Below are positions 19,080-29,709 of a DNA stretch of 64,000 nt, in pieces. Under the pieces are notes generated by a model, which did no database searches, had not been told where the DNA came from, and was given only the letters and a program-made list of their open reading frames with translations. Source of the DNA: an uncultured Gammaproteobacteria bacterium (GTDB lineage Bacteria; Pseudomonadota; Gammaproteobacteria; GCA-001735895). The translations under genes were made by a program, and so were the position numbers. Within the stretch, counting starts at the first letter, position 1. Each line of letters opens with the position of its first letter. The stretch lies in the NCBI GenBank assembly GCA_963835795.1, contig CAWIHJ010000092.1:11364-75363 (forward strand). The letters run 5' to 3'.

Positions 19080-21030
19080 TCAGGGTTGCACGACGTCGAT
19101 GGTGATCTGGCCTGCATCCGTTGCAATGCCATCGAATACGCTGAACGGAAAATTCACCGACCCACTAAATCCGCTTTTGGGTACAAACGACCAGTCGGTG
19201 TCAGACGGCACCAGGTGGCCGTTTTCAGGTTCCTTGACCGGCGCCATGGTAAGCCGGTCGCGCGCGTTGGCGTCGGTAGCTGACAGGCGTATGGTGATCG
19301 CCTCGCCCATCGGCGTGGACAGCGCCTGATCCGTGGCTTTGGGAGGGCGGTTTTCCAGCGTGGCAAATCGGCCCTGGCTGTAGCGGTAAAAGGATCCCGC
19401 ATAAACGCTTTTGAGGGCATGCGCGCGCACCATGTACCAGCCGCGAGCGATCGGCCTGGTGTCGATATACTGATTACCCTTATGCAGTTTTGACGGGTTC
19501 AGCGCCTGGTAGGGGCCGAAGCGGCTGGCCGCGCGATAGATGCGATACTGCCGGCCGGCAGTGGATTCCGACGCATCCCATTCGAGATGCACGCCAGCGT
19601 CGCTGGCGCGCGCGCGCAGGCGACTCACCGGCGCGAGCGGAAAGGGGCGCAAGGTCGGATCACCCAACAGGTTGACCCAGACCGGGTTTACCCATGGGTA
19701 ATGGCCGGTCGAGGTGTATTCCAGGGTGATCTGGCCGCCTTTGGATTGAGCCCCGTTGTTGACCGTGCGCAGGTGACTGTAGCCGATCGATTTGCCCAGC
19801 GCCATGTGGTGCAGTTGCCAGGCCGGGCGCGCGCCCCATCCGGTCGAGAGGACGTACCAGCGTTGTGCCAGCAGGGCAATCATTTCGTTGTTGTAACGCG
19901 AAAAATCGAGCTTGCCGCTGCCGAAGTTGATGGTAAATACAGCCTTGATGGGTGTCGCCTCGGCGTACGTTCGTATATTTCGAACTACCGAAGTCGACCC
20001 CGAACAGCCAGGGTTGCCGGGTGCCGGTATCGTGGTGCTTGCCACTGGCAACCTGTTTCGGTCCCACGATATTGCGCAGCGCAGCGTTTTCGACGAACAG
20101 GTGCGGGGCGTTCCCGTAAGCCTCGCGCAAATCGCCCAGCTGCCCGTGGCGCCAGTGATGGTTCTTGTCGAAATACTGCTGTAACAGCGAAATTTCATCG
20201 CCGAGCGCCCCGTCCAGGCGGGCAAAGTCGATGCGCCCGATCTGCATTTCGATGTGGTCGCTGGGGATGATGTTGTGCATCAATGCGCCCGCACCGTTGT
20301 CATTCCAGACGCCGTCCACATCGGCATAGAACAGGTCGGTTTCCAGCGCCCGTGGCTGGTGTCCGTCGGGTGCGGCTTGCCCGCTTTTGACGACTGGAAC
20401 GCGACCGACCAGGATGATCGCGTGCTGAACCGTGGGCGCCGCAGCATGCTGTTGCTGGATCCAGGCGCGCAGGTTTCTGGCATTTTGCAGGTTGGCCACC
20501 GCGTCCTTGTTGCTGCCGCGCGTCACGCGGTGACGCACCACCGTCCAGCCGTCGCCAATCAGGTCCAGCGCGAATCGATCCAGGCGCGTGTCGAGGCTCG
20601 CGGCGACGGTTTCATCGACGATGACCAGGGCCACTCCCTGGGTTTCCTCGGCCGGCAGGTGGAGGCCGGTGGCCCAGTATCCACTTTCGAGCTGTTCCTT
20701 GCTGGGACGTGAAATTCGATATTCGTAAGCGATACCCGGGCGGATGTCTTTATCGCGAAACAAGCGCACAATCTGCCGGGTGGTGTCGAGGAATTGCCAG
20801 GAATATTTACTCGTTTCACCGAGCTTGCGGCGCTCTATGCGGGTTCGCTCGACCCGGGTTCCAGTGGCGCGCGGCCAGTTGAATTCGACGAACCCCGCTG
20901 CGCTGTCTATTTTTGCGTCGAGTGGCAAGGTTCGTTCGTCCAAAGCCTGGGCCGCGGCCGGGTTTCCCAACAGGAGGAAACCGAGTAATCCAACCAACAG
21001 GGCTGTTAAAATTTGCCGCAAGTAATGCAC
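19080..21030 (-). CDS. Secreted multidomain protein: gingipain/peptidase C25-like core, FN3-like domain and cadherin/Ig-like tail (1 frameshift near 19970)
   Basis: Signal peptide from GTG 21030; IILVGRVP, TDLFYADVDG, IGRID, VNLLGDPTLR; VHLEWDAS..YRIYR (FN3-like); NRPPKATDQ..F(V)PKSGFSGSVNFPFSVFDG (cadherin-like). Confidence 0.7.
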
Positions 21031-21247
21031 TGCATCGATCTCGAGTAAAAACACAAGCTTAGTGTGATCCCGCGTGCGCAGTCTATGAATTCGTTCACGC
21101 ACCGGTAAAGTACTGACATGGGATCGAGTGGTGATGACAGGCAGCCCCGGGGAAACCGGTGCATACCAGGGGATTTAAATTTAAGCGTTACTGGCGCGCA
21201 GTTTTCTCATATAGTCTGCTATTCGCAACCAACCGCTAGACTATCCC

Positions 21248-24166
21248 GTGGCCGTAGCTACCTCATTACCGAACTCGCCGCAGGCGCACATTGGTGACAG
21301 TGCGCTGGCCGGGCGTTTGCGCCAGGAACTCGAAGGCGAGGTGCTGTTCGATGCGTTCAGCCGTGGTCGCTACAGCACCGACGCTTCCATCTACCAGATC
21401 GAACCCATCGGCGTCGTGGTCCCGCGCCATCAACAGGACGTGCTGGCCGCGCTGCAAATCGCCCGCGACGCCGGGATCCCGGTGTTGCCGCGTGGCGGTG
21501 GTACGTCACAAGTCGGCCAGACGGTCGGTTGTGCGCTGGTCATGGATTGCAGCAAGTATTTCAACCAGATCGGTGAATTCGATCCGGCCGAGCGTTCCAT
21601 CGAAGTGCAACCGGGGCTGGTGCTCGACCAGCTCAACCGCTGGCTGAAACCACACGGGCTGTTCTTCCCGGTCGATGTGTCTACGGGTAACCGCGCCACG
21701 CTCGGTGGCATGGCCGGCAACAATAGCTGTGGTGCGCGCTCGCTGCGCTACGGCAACATGGTGCACAACCTGAACGCCATCGACGCTTTGCTCGCGGATG
21801 GCACCGCCGCGCACTTCGGTGCGTTGAAGCATGCTGCCGAGCAGGGGCCACCGGCTGAACTTTTGCAGCGTTTGAGCGCGCTCGGTGCGCGCGAGGCCGA
21901 GGAGATCGAGCGCCGTTTTCCAAAGCTGTTGCGCCGTGTCGGTGGCTATAACATCGATGAACTGGTCGATGTAAACAGCGGGAATCTCGGGCGGTTGCTG
22001 GTAGGTTCCGAAGGCACGCTGGCTTTCTTTACCCGGCTGCAGTTGCAGTTACAGCCAATACCGGCGCACAAGGTTCTGGGCGTGTGCCACTTTCCGACCT
22101 TTTACCAGGCGATGGATGCGACCCGGCACATCGTCAAACTGGGTCCGAGTGCGGTGGAACTGGTGGATCGCACGATGATCGACCTGTCGCGCGAGATTCC
22201 ACTGTTTCGCGCCACCGTGGATGGCTTTGTGCGCGGTAAACCCGATGCCCTGCTGCTGGTGGAATTTGCCGGGGAGGATCACGCCGAGCAGCTTGGCAAC
22301 CTCGCGAAACTGGTCGAACTGATGGCGGACCTCGGCTTTGCGGATGCCGTCGTCGAGGTGCAGGATCCAGACTTTCAAACTGCAGTCTGGGAAGTGCGCA
22401 AGGCCGGGTTAAACATCATGATGTCGATGAAGGGCGACGGCAAGCCGGTCTCCTTTGTCGAGGACTGCGCGGTAGCGCTCGACGATCTCGCCGAGTACAC
22501 CGAGCGCCTGACCCGGGTGTTTGAAAAGCACGGTACCAGCGGCACCTGGTACGCGCACGCCTCGGTCGGCTGCCTGCACGTGCGCCCGATCCTCAACATG
22601 AAAGACGCAAGCGGGGCGCAGAAGATGCGCGCCATCGTCGAGGAAACCCTGCAGATCGTGCAGGAGTACAAGGGGTCGCACTCCGGTGAGCACGGCGATG
22701 GCCTGGCGCGCTCGGAATTTCACGAACGCATGTTCGGCACTCGCATGCTGCGCGCCTTCGAGGAAGTGAAGGACAGCTTCGATCCCGATGGCCTGTTCAA
22801 TCCAGGCAAGATCGTGCGCGCGCCGCGCATGGACGATCGTTCGCTGTTTCGTTTCAAGCCGGGCTATGCACAGCAACCCATCACCACGACGCTGGACTGG
22901 TCGGAGTGGGGCGGTTTCGGCAATGCCGTCGAGATGTGCAATAACAACGGTGCCTGTCGCAAGGCAAACGGTGGTGTGATGTGCCCGTCATACCGGGTCA
23001 CCGGCGATGAGCAACACCTGACGCGCGGGCGCGCCAACAGTCTGCGGCTTGCGCTCAGCGGGCAGCTGGGCCGCGAGGCGCTGTTCGACGACGCGATGCG
23101 CGACACCATGGATTTGTGTGTCGGCTGCAAGGGATGCCGTCGCGAGTGCCCAACCGGCATCGACATGGCAAAAATGAAAGTGGAATTTCTCTACCAGTAT
23201 CACCAGCGTCACCGCCGTTCGTTGCAAGATCGACTGGTGGCTTACCTGCCGCGCTACGCGCCTTACGCGACAAAAATCGGCGCGTTGCTGAACCTGCGCA
23301 AGCGCGATGGCCTGCTCGCCCGGGCAGGTGAAAAACTGCTAGGTTTGAGTGCGCGGCGCAGCTTACCGCAATGGCGCGAGCGCTTCATCGATCGCGAACA
23401 GTCCGTTGACCCGGCGGCCAGCGACGGGCAGGAAGTCGTGTTGCTGGTGGATACCTTCAATCGCTATTTCGAACCCGAAAATGCCCGTGCCGCGCAAGCG
23501 GTGCTGACGGCTGCCGGTTACCGCGTGAGGCTGGTGCGCTCCAGCGACGGCGAGCGCCCATTGTGTTGCGGCCGCAGTTTCCTCGCCACCGGCATGGTTG
23601 ACGAAGCGCGTCACGAAGCGCGACGCATGTTGAACGCGTTGCGGCCACACATCGAGCGCGGTACGGCGATCATCGGCCTGGAGCCCTCCTGCCTGCTCAC
23701 CCTGCGCGATGAATTTTGCAGCATGTTACCAGGCGAGGAGACGCGCGCACTGGCCGCCCAGGCCCTGTTGTTCGAAGAATTCCTCGCGCGTGAGCAGCAG
23801 GCCGGCCGCCTGCAACTGCGCTTGAAACCTTTAGCGCAGCGCCGGGCCCTGGTGCATGGCCATTGCCATCAAAAAGCGTTTGCCACCATGGATGCGCTCA
23901 AACAGACCCTGGCGCTGATCCCGCAACTCGAAGTGGAAGTGATCGACTCCGGCTGTTGCGGCATGGCGGGTGCATTCGGCTACGAGGCCAGCCACTACGA
24001 GATGTCGATGCAGATGGCGAAACTCGACCTGCTACCGGCGGTCCGTTCGGCCGATGACAACACGCTGCTGGTCGCCAATGGCACCAGTTGCCGGCACCAG
24101 ATCGATGACGCCGCCGGGCGCAATGCGCGCCACATCGCCTGCCTGCTGCAGGACGCTCTCGCCTGA
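21248..24166 (+). CDS. FAD-binding and Fe-S-binding oxidoreductase (GlcD/GlcF-type fusion, YdiJ/D-lactate dehydrogenase family)
   Basis: RYSTDASIY, RGGGTSQVGQ, GSEGTL, HASVGCLHVRP, GEHGDG, CNNNGAC, CVGCKGCRREC, HGHCHQ, CCGMAG. Confidence 0.9.
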   Translation: MAVATSLPNSPQAHIGDSALAGRLRQELEGEVLFDAFSRGRYSTDASIYQIEPIGVVVPRHQQDVLAALQIARDAGIPVLPRGGGTSQVGQTVGCALVMDCSKYFNQIGEFDPAERSIEVQPGLVLDQLNRWLKPHGLFFPVDVSTGNRATLGGMAGNNSCGARSLRYGNMVHNLNAIDALLADGTAAHFGALKHAAEQGPPAELLQRLSALGAREAEEIERRFPKLLRRVGGYNIDELVDVNSGNLGRLLVGSEGTLAFFTRLQLQLQPIPAHKVLGVCHFPTFYQAMDATRHIVKLGPSAVELVDRTMIDLSREIPLFRATVDGFVRGKPDALLLVEFAGEDHAEQLGNLAKLVELMADLGFADAVVEVQDPDFQTAVWEVRKAGLNIMMSMKGDGKPVSFVEDCAVALDDLAEYTERLTRVFEKHGTSGTWYAHASVGCLHVRPILNMKDASGAQKMRAIVEETLQIVQEYKGSHSGEHGDGLARSEFHERMFGTRMLRAFEEVKDSFDPDGLFNPGKIVRAPRMDDRSLFRFKPGYAQQPITTTLDWSEWGGFGNAVEMCNNNGACRKANGGVMCPSYRVTGDEQHLTRGRANSLRLALSGQLGREALFDDAMRDTMDLCVGCKGCRRECPTGIDMAKMKVEFLYQYHQRHRRSLQDRLVAYLPRYAPYATKIGALLNLRKRDGLLARAGEKLLGLSARRSLPQWRERFIDREQSVDPAASDGQEVVLLVDTFNRYFEPENARAAQAVLTAAGYRVRLVRSSDGERPLCCGRSFLATGMVDEARHEARRMLNALRPHIERGTAIIGLEPSCLLTLRDEFCSMLPGEETRALAAQALLFEEFLAREQQAGRLQLRLKPLAQRRALVHGHCHQKAFATMDALKQTLALIPQLEVEVIDSGCCGMAGAFGYEASHYEMSMQMAKLDLLPAVRSADDNTLLVANGTSCRHQIDDAAGRNARHIACLLQDALA

Positions 24167-24903
24167 TGGCGATAGTGGATGGCGCACCGCTGACCACGGG
24201 AAATGCCGCGGTCACTCGCAAGGCGTTACTGGATTCGCTGTCGCTACCGGCCTTTATCCTGTTTTTCACGATGATGGGCTTCGGTTCACTGGCGCGTGGC
24301 GCGGGATTCAGCGCCGAGATGGCGGCGCTGGCATCGTTGCTCATCTGGGGGCTGCCGGGGCAACTGGCGATGGTCGAATTGACGTCCACCGGGCAGGGAT
24401 TGATCGCCATTGTGGTTGCCTGTTCGCTGGCCAACGCACGCTTCCTGCCGATGGTGGTTGCCTTCCTGCCGACGCTCGCGCGCGATGGCGCCAGCCTGCC
24501 GCGCATGCTGCTCGATGCGCAAATGCTGTCGATCAATTCCTGGGCGATGTGCATGCGCGAATTTCCGAAGGTCGAGGCGGCATATCGGCATCGCTACTAC
24601 GTCATCTTTGCCAGCTCGATCCTGTTGGCGGCGGTTGCCGGTACCTTGCTCGGTTTTCACAGTGCCGTATTTCTGCCGGTGCCACTGGTGCTGGGCCTGA
24701 TTTTCACCAGCCCATTGTTTTTTGCGTTGGTGCTGTCGGCTGTGCCGGGTCGTGCTGAGCGCCTTTCAATGCTGCTTGGATGCGCCACGATTCCACTCGC
24801 CCACTATCTGTGGCCGGCGGTGGACTTACTGATTACCGGTGTGATCGGGGGCAGTCTGGGTTTTGCACTGGGCAAGTGGCAGGAAGGTGACAATGCCGAT
24901 TGA
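24166..24903 (+). CDS. AzlC family protein
   Basis: Hydrophobic; GLPGQLAMV, LANARFLPM; start overlaps the upstream stop (TGATG). Confidence 0.8.
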   Translation: MAIVDGAPLTTGNAAVTRKALLDSLSLPAFILFFTMMGFGSLARGAGFSAEMAALASLLIWGLPGQLAMVELTSTGQGLIAIVVACSLANARFLPMVVAFLPTLARDGASLPRMLLDAQMLSINSWAMCMREFPKVEAAYRHRYYVIFASSILLAAVAGTLLGFHSAVFLPVPLVLGLIFTSPLFFALVLSAVPGRAERLSMLLGCATIPLAHYLWPAVDLLITGVIGGSLGFALGKWQEGDNAD

Positions 24904-25227
24904 TTCTTTCTGGATTGATCGTGCTGGCCTGCAGTGCCGCCACCTTTTTCTGGCGCGCGCTCGGAGTGTTGGTAACCCGACGCATCGATGCCAATGGCGC
25001 GCTTTTTCCGCTGGATCACCTGCGTTTCCTACGCGATGGTGGCCGGGTTGATATTTCGCATGATTCTGCTGCCCGAGAGTGAATTGGCCACCGTGTCGCT
25101 GCCGATTCGGATCGGCGCATTGGCCATCGCCTTCGGTGCTTACTACCTGTTCAAGCGCCGCCTGGTGGCCGGCGTACTGGCGGGTGGAATGAGCCTGTCG
25201 GCGCTGGTGGCCTGGTTACCGGTTTAG
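24893..25227 (+). CDS. AzlD family protein (frameshifted)
   Basis: ATFFWRALGVLV..., WITCVSYAMVAGLIFRMIL across frames; AzlC partner. Confidence 0.75.
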
Positions 25228-25252
25228 CCCGTAAATCGTTGCGACAGGTGGG

Positions 25253-26773
25253 CTAGACCCCCATGTCAGTTTTGGGCGATTTACTCTTCTTGAAGAAAGC
25301 GCCATAGATGCTGCCGCACAGGGTCAGCGTGCCGGCAATTAACAGGCCCAAGGCGATCGGGCGATCGAAAAATCCACTCCATTCGAAGTGCAGCATCTGC
25401 ATCGCCTGGGCAAAGGTTTGCTCGCCGATCTTGCCGAGAATCAGTCCGAGGACGATGCCGGCGACCGAGTATCCGGAGCGTCGCAGGAAGAAGCCGATCA
25501 CCCCGGCGAGGAACATGACGACGACGTCGACGGTCAGCCCGCGCACCGCGTAGGCGCCGACGGTGGCCAGTAGCAGGATCATCGGCGCGAGGAACTGAAA
25601 CGGAATGCGCAGCAGGTTGATGATGGTCTTGGTTTCCAGGAAGCCGATAAGAATGATCGACAGGTTGGCGAAAAACATCGCCGCGAACACGACCCAGACC
25701 AGGTCGGCGCTGTTGATGAACACCAGCGGACCGGGCTCCATGTCGTGCATCTGGAATACGCCGACCATCATCGCGGTCAGCGCACCGCCCGGCAGCCCGA
25801 GCGCGAGCAGCGGGATCATCGCCGCGCCGGTCGCGGCATTGTTCGCGGTTTCGGACGAAATCACGCCCTCGAGCTTGCCCTTGCCGAACTCTTCCGGAGT
25901 TTTCGACCAGCGCACCGCTTCGTTGTAGCCCATAAACGCGGCGAGCGTCGCGCCGATGCCGGGCAGGATGCCGCAGAAGAAGCCGATGACGATCGAGCGA
26001 ATGACGGCCCACTTGTGGGCCAGCAGTTCTGCCAGCGACGGGAAATCGACGCTCATTTTGGGCGCCTCGTACTTGCCGCGCACCTTTTTCTCGGCCTGGA
26101 CGAAGATTTCCGAGACCGCGAAAAAACCGAGGATGGTCGGGATGAAATGAATTCCGGCAAGCAGATAGGGCATCTCGAAATCGTAACGCTCGATACCGCC
26201 GACCGGATCCAGGCCGACGACCGCAACCATCAGGCCGATCAGGATCGACAACCAGCCCTTCCAGAAGGTCTTGGCGCCGACCGAGGCCGCGACCGCGAGG
26301 CCGAAAAACACCAGTGCGAAGATTTCCGGCGGGCCGAAAGCGGAGATCGCCCAGTCGGCGATCGCCGCGGTCGCGGCCATCATGATGATGCAGGAGACGA
26401 CGCCGCCGATCGCGGAGCACATGACCGCGGCGCCGACCGCCTTGCCGGCCTGGCCATTTAGCGTCATCGGGTAGCCGTCGAACGCGGTCGGCGCGTTTTC
26501 CGGCGCGCCGGGAATGTTGAACAGGATCGCGGTGATCGCGCCGCCATAGACGCCGGTGCAGTAGATCACCGAGAACAGCATGATGCCGTGCTCGGCCGAC
26601 AGGTGCGCGGTGAACGGCAACAGGATCGCGGCCAGGGTCAGCATGCTGACGCCCGGAATCGCGCCGAACAACATGCCGCCGACGACACCGCCGAAGAAAA
26701 TCAGGATGCCGAGCGGGTCGCTGAACAGCGTGATCGTGCCTTGCAGAAAATTATTGAATGCATCCATCGACAA
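25253..26773 (-). CDS. tctA: Tripartite tricarboxylate transporter large subunit TctA
   Basis: GAIPG, YGGAITAILFNIPGAPENA, DGYPM, GILPGIGA, ETANNA, LALGLPG. Confidence 0.92.
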   Translation of the reverse strand: MSMDAFNNFLQGTITLFSDPLGILIFFGGVVGGMLFGAIPGVSMLTLAAILLPFTAHLSAEHGIMLFSVIYCTGVYGGAITAILFNIPGAPENAPTAFDGYPMTLNGQAGKAVGAAVMCSAIGGVVSCIIMMAATAAIADWAISAFGPPEIFALVFFGLAVAASVGAKTFWKGWLSILIGLMVAVVGLDPVGGIERYDFEMPYLLAGIHFIPTILGFFAVSEIFVQAEKKVRGKYEAPKMSVDFPSLAELLAHKWAVIRSIVIGFFCGILPGIGATLAAFMGYNEAVRWSKTPEEFGKGKLEGVISSETANNAATGAAMIPLLALGLPGGALTAMMVGVFQMHDMEPGPLVFINSADLVWVVFAAMFFANLSIILIGFLETKTIINLLRIPFQFLAPMILLLATVGAYAVRGLTVDVVVMFLAGVIGFFLRRSGYSVAGIVLGLILGKIGEQTFAQAMQMLHFEWSGFFDRPIALGLLIAGTLTLCGSIYGAFFKKSKSPKTDMGV

Positions 26774-26776
26774 TCC

Positions 26777-27493
26777 CTATTGCAATACCGTGACAACCCA
26801 GCTGCCGATGTCGTAAAAGGGCCTGATATTGCCGATCGGCAGGCCGACGAACAGGATCTTGACGAACAACAGCAGTAACAGGCCATAAATCAGCGCCATG
26901 ATCAAGATCATCGGTTTGGGCCGGCGTTCGCCGAACAGGTACATGATGCCGATGATGAAAAACGGTGCCAGCGTGTAAAAGCCGAAGTCTTCCAGCAGCG
27001 CCGCGAAAAACAGCGGCAGCATCAGCGTCACGCGCACCCGGTGGTGGCGCATGGAGTAAATCACGATCGCAGTCAGAATGGCCGCGACGACAATACGGAT
27101 GAGGTGTAAGCCCGCTGGCCTCGGCGCTGACACGCAGACGCGATCCAGTCCGGAACGCGCATGTAGATGAACGGGATGGCGAGCAGCGCAAAAGTTGACA
27201 GGTACCACTTCAGGCCTTCGTGATGCGCTTCGTGCGCGGCTTCTTCGGCGCCGTCGTCGACCGCGGCACTGATCATGCTCCGACGAGGCTTCGTCGCCTT
27301 TATACCAGTGATGCACCAGTTGCCCGATGGCGGCAATCGCCATCAGCAGGATGATCGTGCGCGGCCATGCCGAGGCACCAAACTTGTAAATTTCGATGTT
27401 CCTGTCGAACTCGAACGAGTAGGCGTAGAGAAACAGGCACAGGCTGAGCCAGAGTCCGGCTTCGACGAGGTGACCGATGCGAAGTTTGCCCAT
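26777..27493 (-). CDS. tctB: TctB family small subunit (frameshifted, longer than usual)
   Basis: GASAWPR, GFYTLAPFF, LLFVKILFVGLPIG; lies between tctC and tctA. Confidence 0.78.
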   Translation of the reverse strand: MGKLRIGHLVEAGLWLSLCLFLYAYSFEFDRNIEIYKFGASAWPRTIILLMAIAAIGQLVHHWYKGDEASSEHDQCRGRRRRRRSRARSASRRPEVVPVNFCAARHPVHLHARSGLDRVCVSAPRPAGLHLIRIVVAAILTAIVIYSMRHHRVRVTLMLPLFFAALLEDFGFYTLAPFFIIGIMYLFGERRPKPMILIMALIYGLLLLLFVKILFVGLPIGNIRPFYDIGSWVVTVLQ

Positions 27494-27517
27494 AGTCTTA
27501 GGATTTTTCCCGGAATG

Positions 27518-27546
27518 GCAACGCCCGGGCGTATCCCGGGCGTTGC
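27518..27546. terminator. Perfect 12-bp stem-loop between tctC and tctB
   Basis: GCAACGCCCGGG-CGTAT-CCCGGGCGTTGC; no U-tract, so more likely an mRNA-stabilising or attenuating hairpin. Confidence 0.65.
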
Positions 27547-27576
27547 TGGTTTAGCGGCATACGATCTGGATGCTAC

Positions 27577-28604
27577 TTAACTTCGAGTCCCATCTCCTTG
27601 TAAACCTCGCGGTACTGCGCGACCGTCTTGGTGATCAGTTCCCGCGAACCCGGCGGTATCGCGATAGCTTTCGATCAGGGTCATGTACTTGCTCTCGTTG
27701 ATACTTCTGGTAGCTGGGCTGACAGTAAGCCTTTTGAAACGCCCATTGCAACCACTTGACGCGGTCGGCCGGGGCATCCTTGTGCACGTAGAAGCCGCGG
27801 AAGCGGAACAACGGATCGAAATCCAGTGCCGGCATCGGTCAGGCTCGGTACGTCGGCAAACGCCGAGGGACGTTCCTTCAGAATGGTCAGGATCGGCTTG
27901 AACTTGCCGGCATCGAGGAAAGTGCGTACGTCGCCGGGTTGCTCGAACAGCGCGTCTACCTGGCCGCCAGCCAGCGCACCGTAACGCGGAGCACCCTTGT
28001 CGAAGGAGATTTGCTGAATCTGCATGCCGGTGGCGTCGGTGATGAATTTCATTGTTACGCGCTCCATCGAACCTTCCTTGGACACGTTGGCGATGGTCGC
28101 TTTGCCATTTTGCGCGGTGACCCACTTGACGAAGGATTCCCAGTCGGTGAAGCGATCTTCGTCGGTGCGGATGAAGATCTGCGAAAAGGTGATCTGCGAG
28201 GTAACCAGCGGGATCAGATCGCTGGCCGGATTGGGACGGCCCGAATCCAGCGCATGCGCGCTCGCGGCATCGTCGATGTGCTCCATCACCGAATAGCCGT
28301 CGGCCGGAGAGGCCATGTAAGCGGTCATGCCGACGGTACCCGAACCGCCAGACTTGTGATCGCGATTGATGGATACACCGGTCAGATCACTGACCGCCTG
28401 CGCCATCGCCTGGGCCACCTGGCCTGAACCGCCGGCCGGACCATAAGGAACCACCATGTTCAGCGCACGTTGCGGGAAACCACCGGGCTTGTCCATCGAT
28501 GAAGGTAAGTTATCTGTCGCGCAGGCCGCGAAGGCGGTATTGGCGGACAGCAGCGTAGTGGCCAGCGCTATCGCGCTACCGGCCAGGGATTTTCTGAATT
28601 TCAT
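27577..28604 (-). CDS. tctC: TTT substrate-binding protein (TctC/Bug family), C-terminal frameshifts
   Basis: Signal peptide; VVPYGPAGGS, GGSGTVG, ALAGGQVD, VPSLTDAG, FRGFYVHKDAP. Confidence 0.88.
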
Positions 28605-28749
28605 TGAACTCCTCCGAGAGCTGTATTTATTATGTATTGCTGGATTCTTTGACAAATCACGTCGATGTTATACAAGCGCGAGAGGGCTGTCTAGCCTGCT
28701 TATCGCGTGGCCATTGGCAACCGTATAGTGAATCGAAGTCCGAAACCCT

Positions 28750-29505
28750 TTACTGCGTGGCGCGCCACAGCATCGACAATCCCGAGATCACCAGGATGCC
28801 GATAATCAGGTAGCGGAAACGCGTTTCGCTGATCGAGTTGCGAATACGTTGCCCGACGAGCAGACCGAGCGTGACTGGCAGGGTGGCGATGGTCGAATAA
28901 ATCAGCAGGCGCTGGTCGAGGATGCCGAAGTAGTAAAGCGTCAGTGTCCAGGGTACCACCGCGCTGACATAGAGGAAGCTGATCGAACTGACGAACTGGT
29001 TTTTGGAGAGGCCACGAATCGAGATCAGGTAAGTGATCAGCATCGGCCCGAAGAACGACGAAATGCCTCCGATCAGGCCCGATGCGCCGCCAAAGAATAG
29101 GCCTGCGGGCTTGACCAGTCGGTCGGGCAGGTGCAGCTGAAACTTCGATCCCTGCAGGAGTGCAAACGCGACGACGGCGCCGCCGACTAAGTACATCAGC
29201 GTCTTTTCGTCGATGCTCGCGAGGATTTTTACGCCGATCCACATGCCGATGAGTATGGCGATGAAGGTAGGCCAGAAGCGCGCGACGACGGCTGTGCTGC
29301 GCTCGGCCTGGGCGAATTGCCAGACATTGGCCACCACCACCGGAATCGCCATGATGGCTACCGCCATCTGCGGCGGCAGCACCTGCGCCATCATCGGCAC
29401 GGTCAGCAGCGGCGTGCCGACGCCGAGTGCGCCCTTGATGAATCCACCGCAGGCGAGCGCGAAAAAACACCAGGCGATAATCCAGGGACCGTATTCTTCG
29501 AGCAC
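28750..29505 (-). CDS. Sulfite exporter TauE/SafE family
   Basis: GGFIKGALGVG, GLIGGISSFFGP; 8-TM hydrophobic pattern. Confidence 0.85.
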   Translation of the reverse strand: MLEEYGPWIIAWCFFALACGGFIKGALGVGTPLLTVPMMAQVLPPQMAVAIMAIPVVVANVWQFAQAERSTAVVARFWPTFIAILIGMWIGVKILASIDEKTLMYLVGGAVVAFALLQGSKFQLHLPDRLVKPAGLFFGGASGLIGGISSFFGPMLITYLISIRGLSKNQFVSSISFLYVSAVVPWTLTLYYFGILDQRLLIYSTIATLPVTLGLLVGQRIRNSISETRFRYLIIGILVISGLSMLWRATQ

Positions 29506-29709
29506 GCCAGTATCCAGTAAAACAGAGCGCGGAATTGTGGCAGGCCCCTGCCGTTCCGCGCAAGCGAGATTTTTTCGAATGTCGTACCTGCGCAGGCAGC
29601 GGACCGACGCATCCCGGGGGGCGACGAATCAGCGAGAGCGAGGTGATTTTGAGTTTGATACATCTGAAGGTAGACTTGCGCCCATCATTCAGGCAGCAGG
29701 AAAACCACA

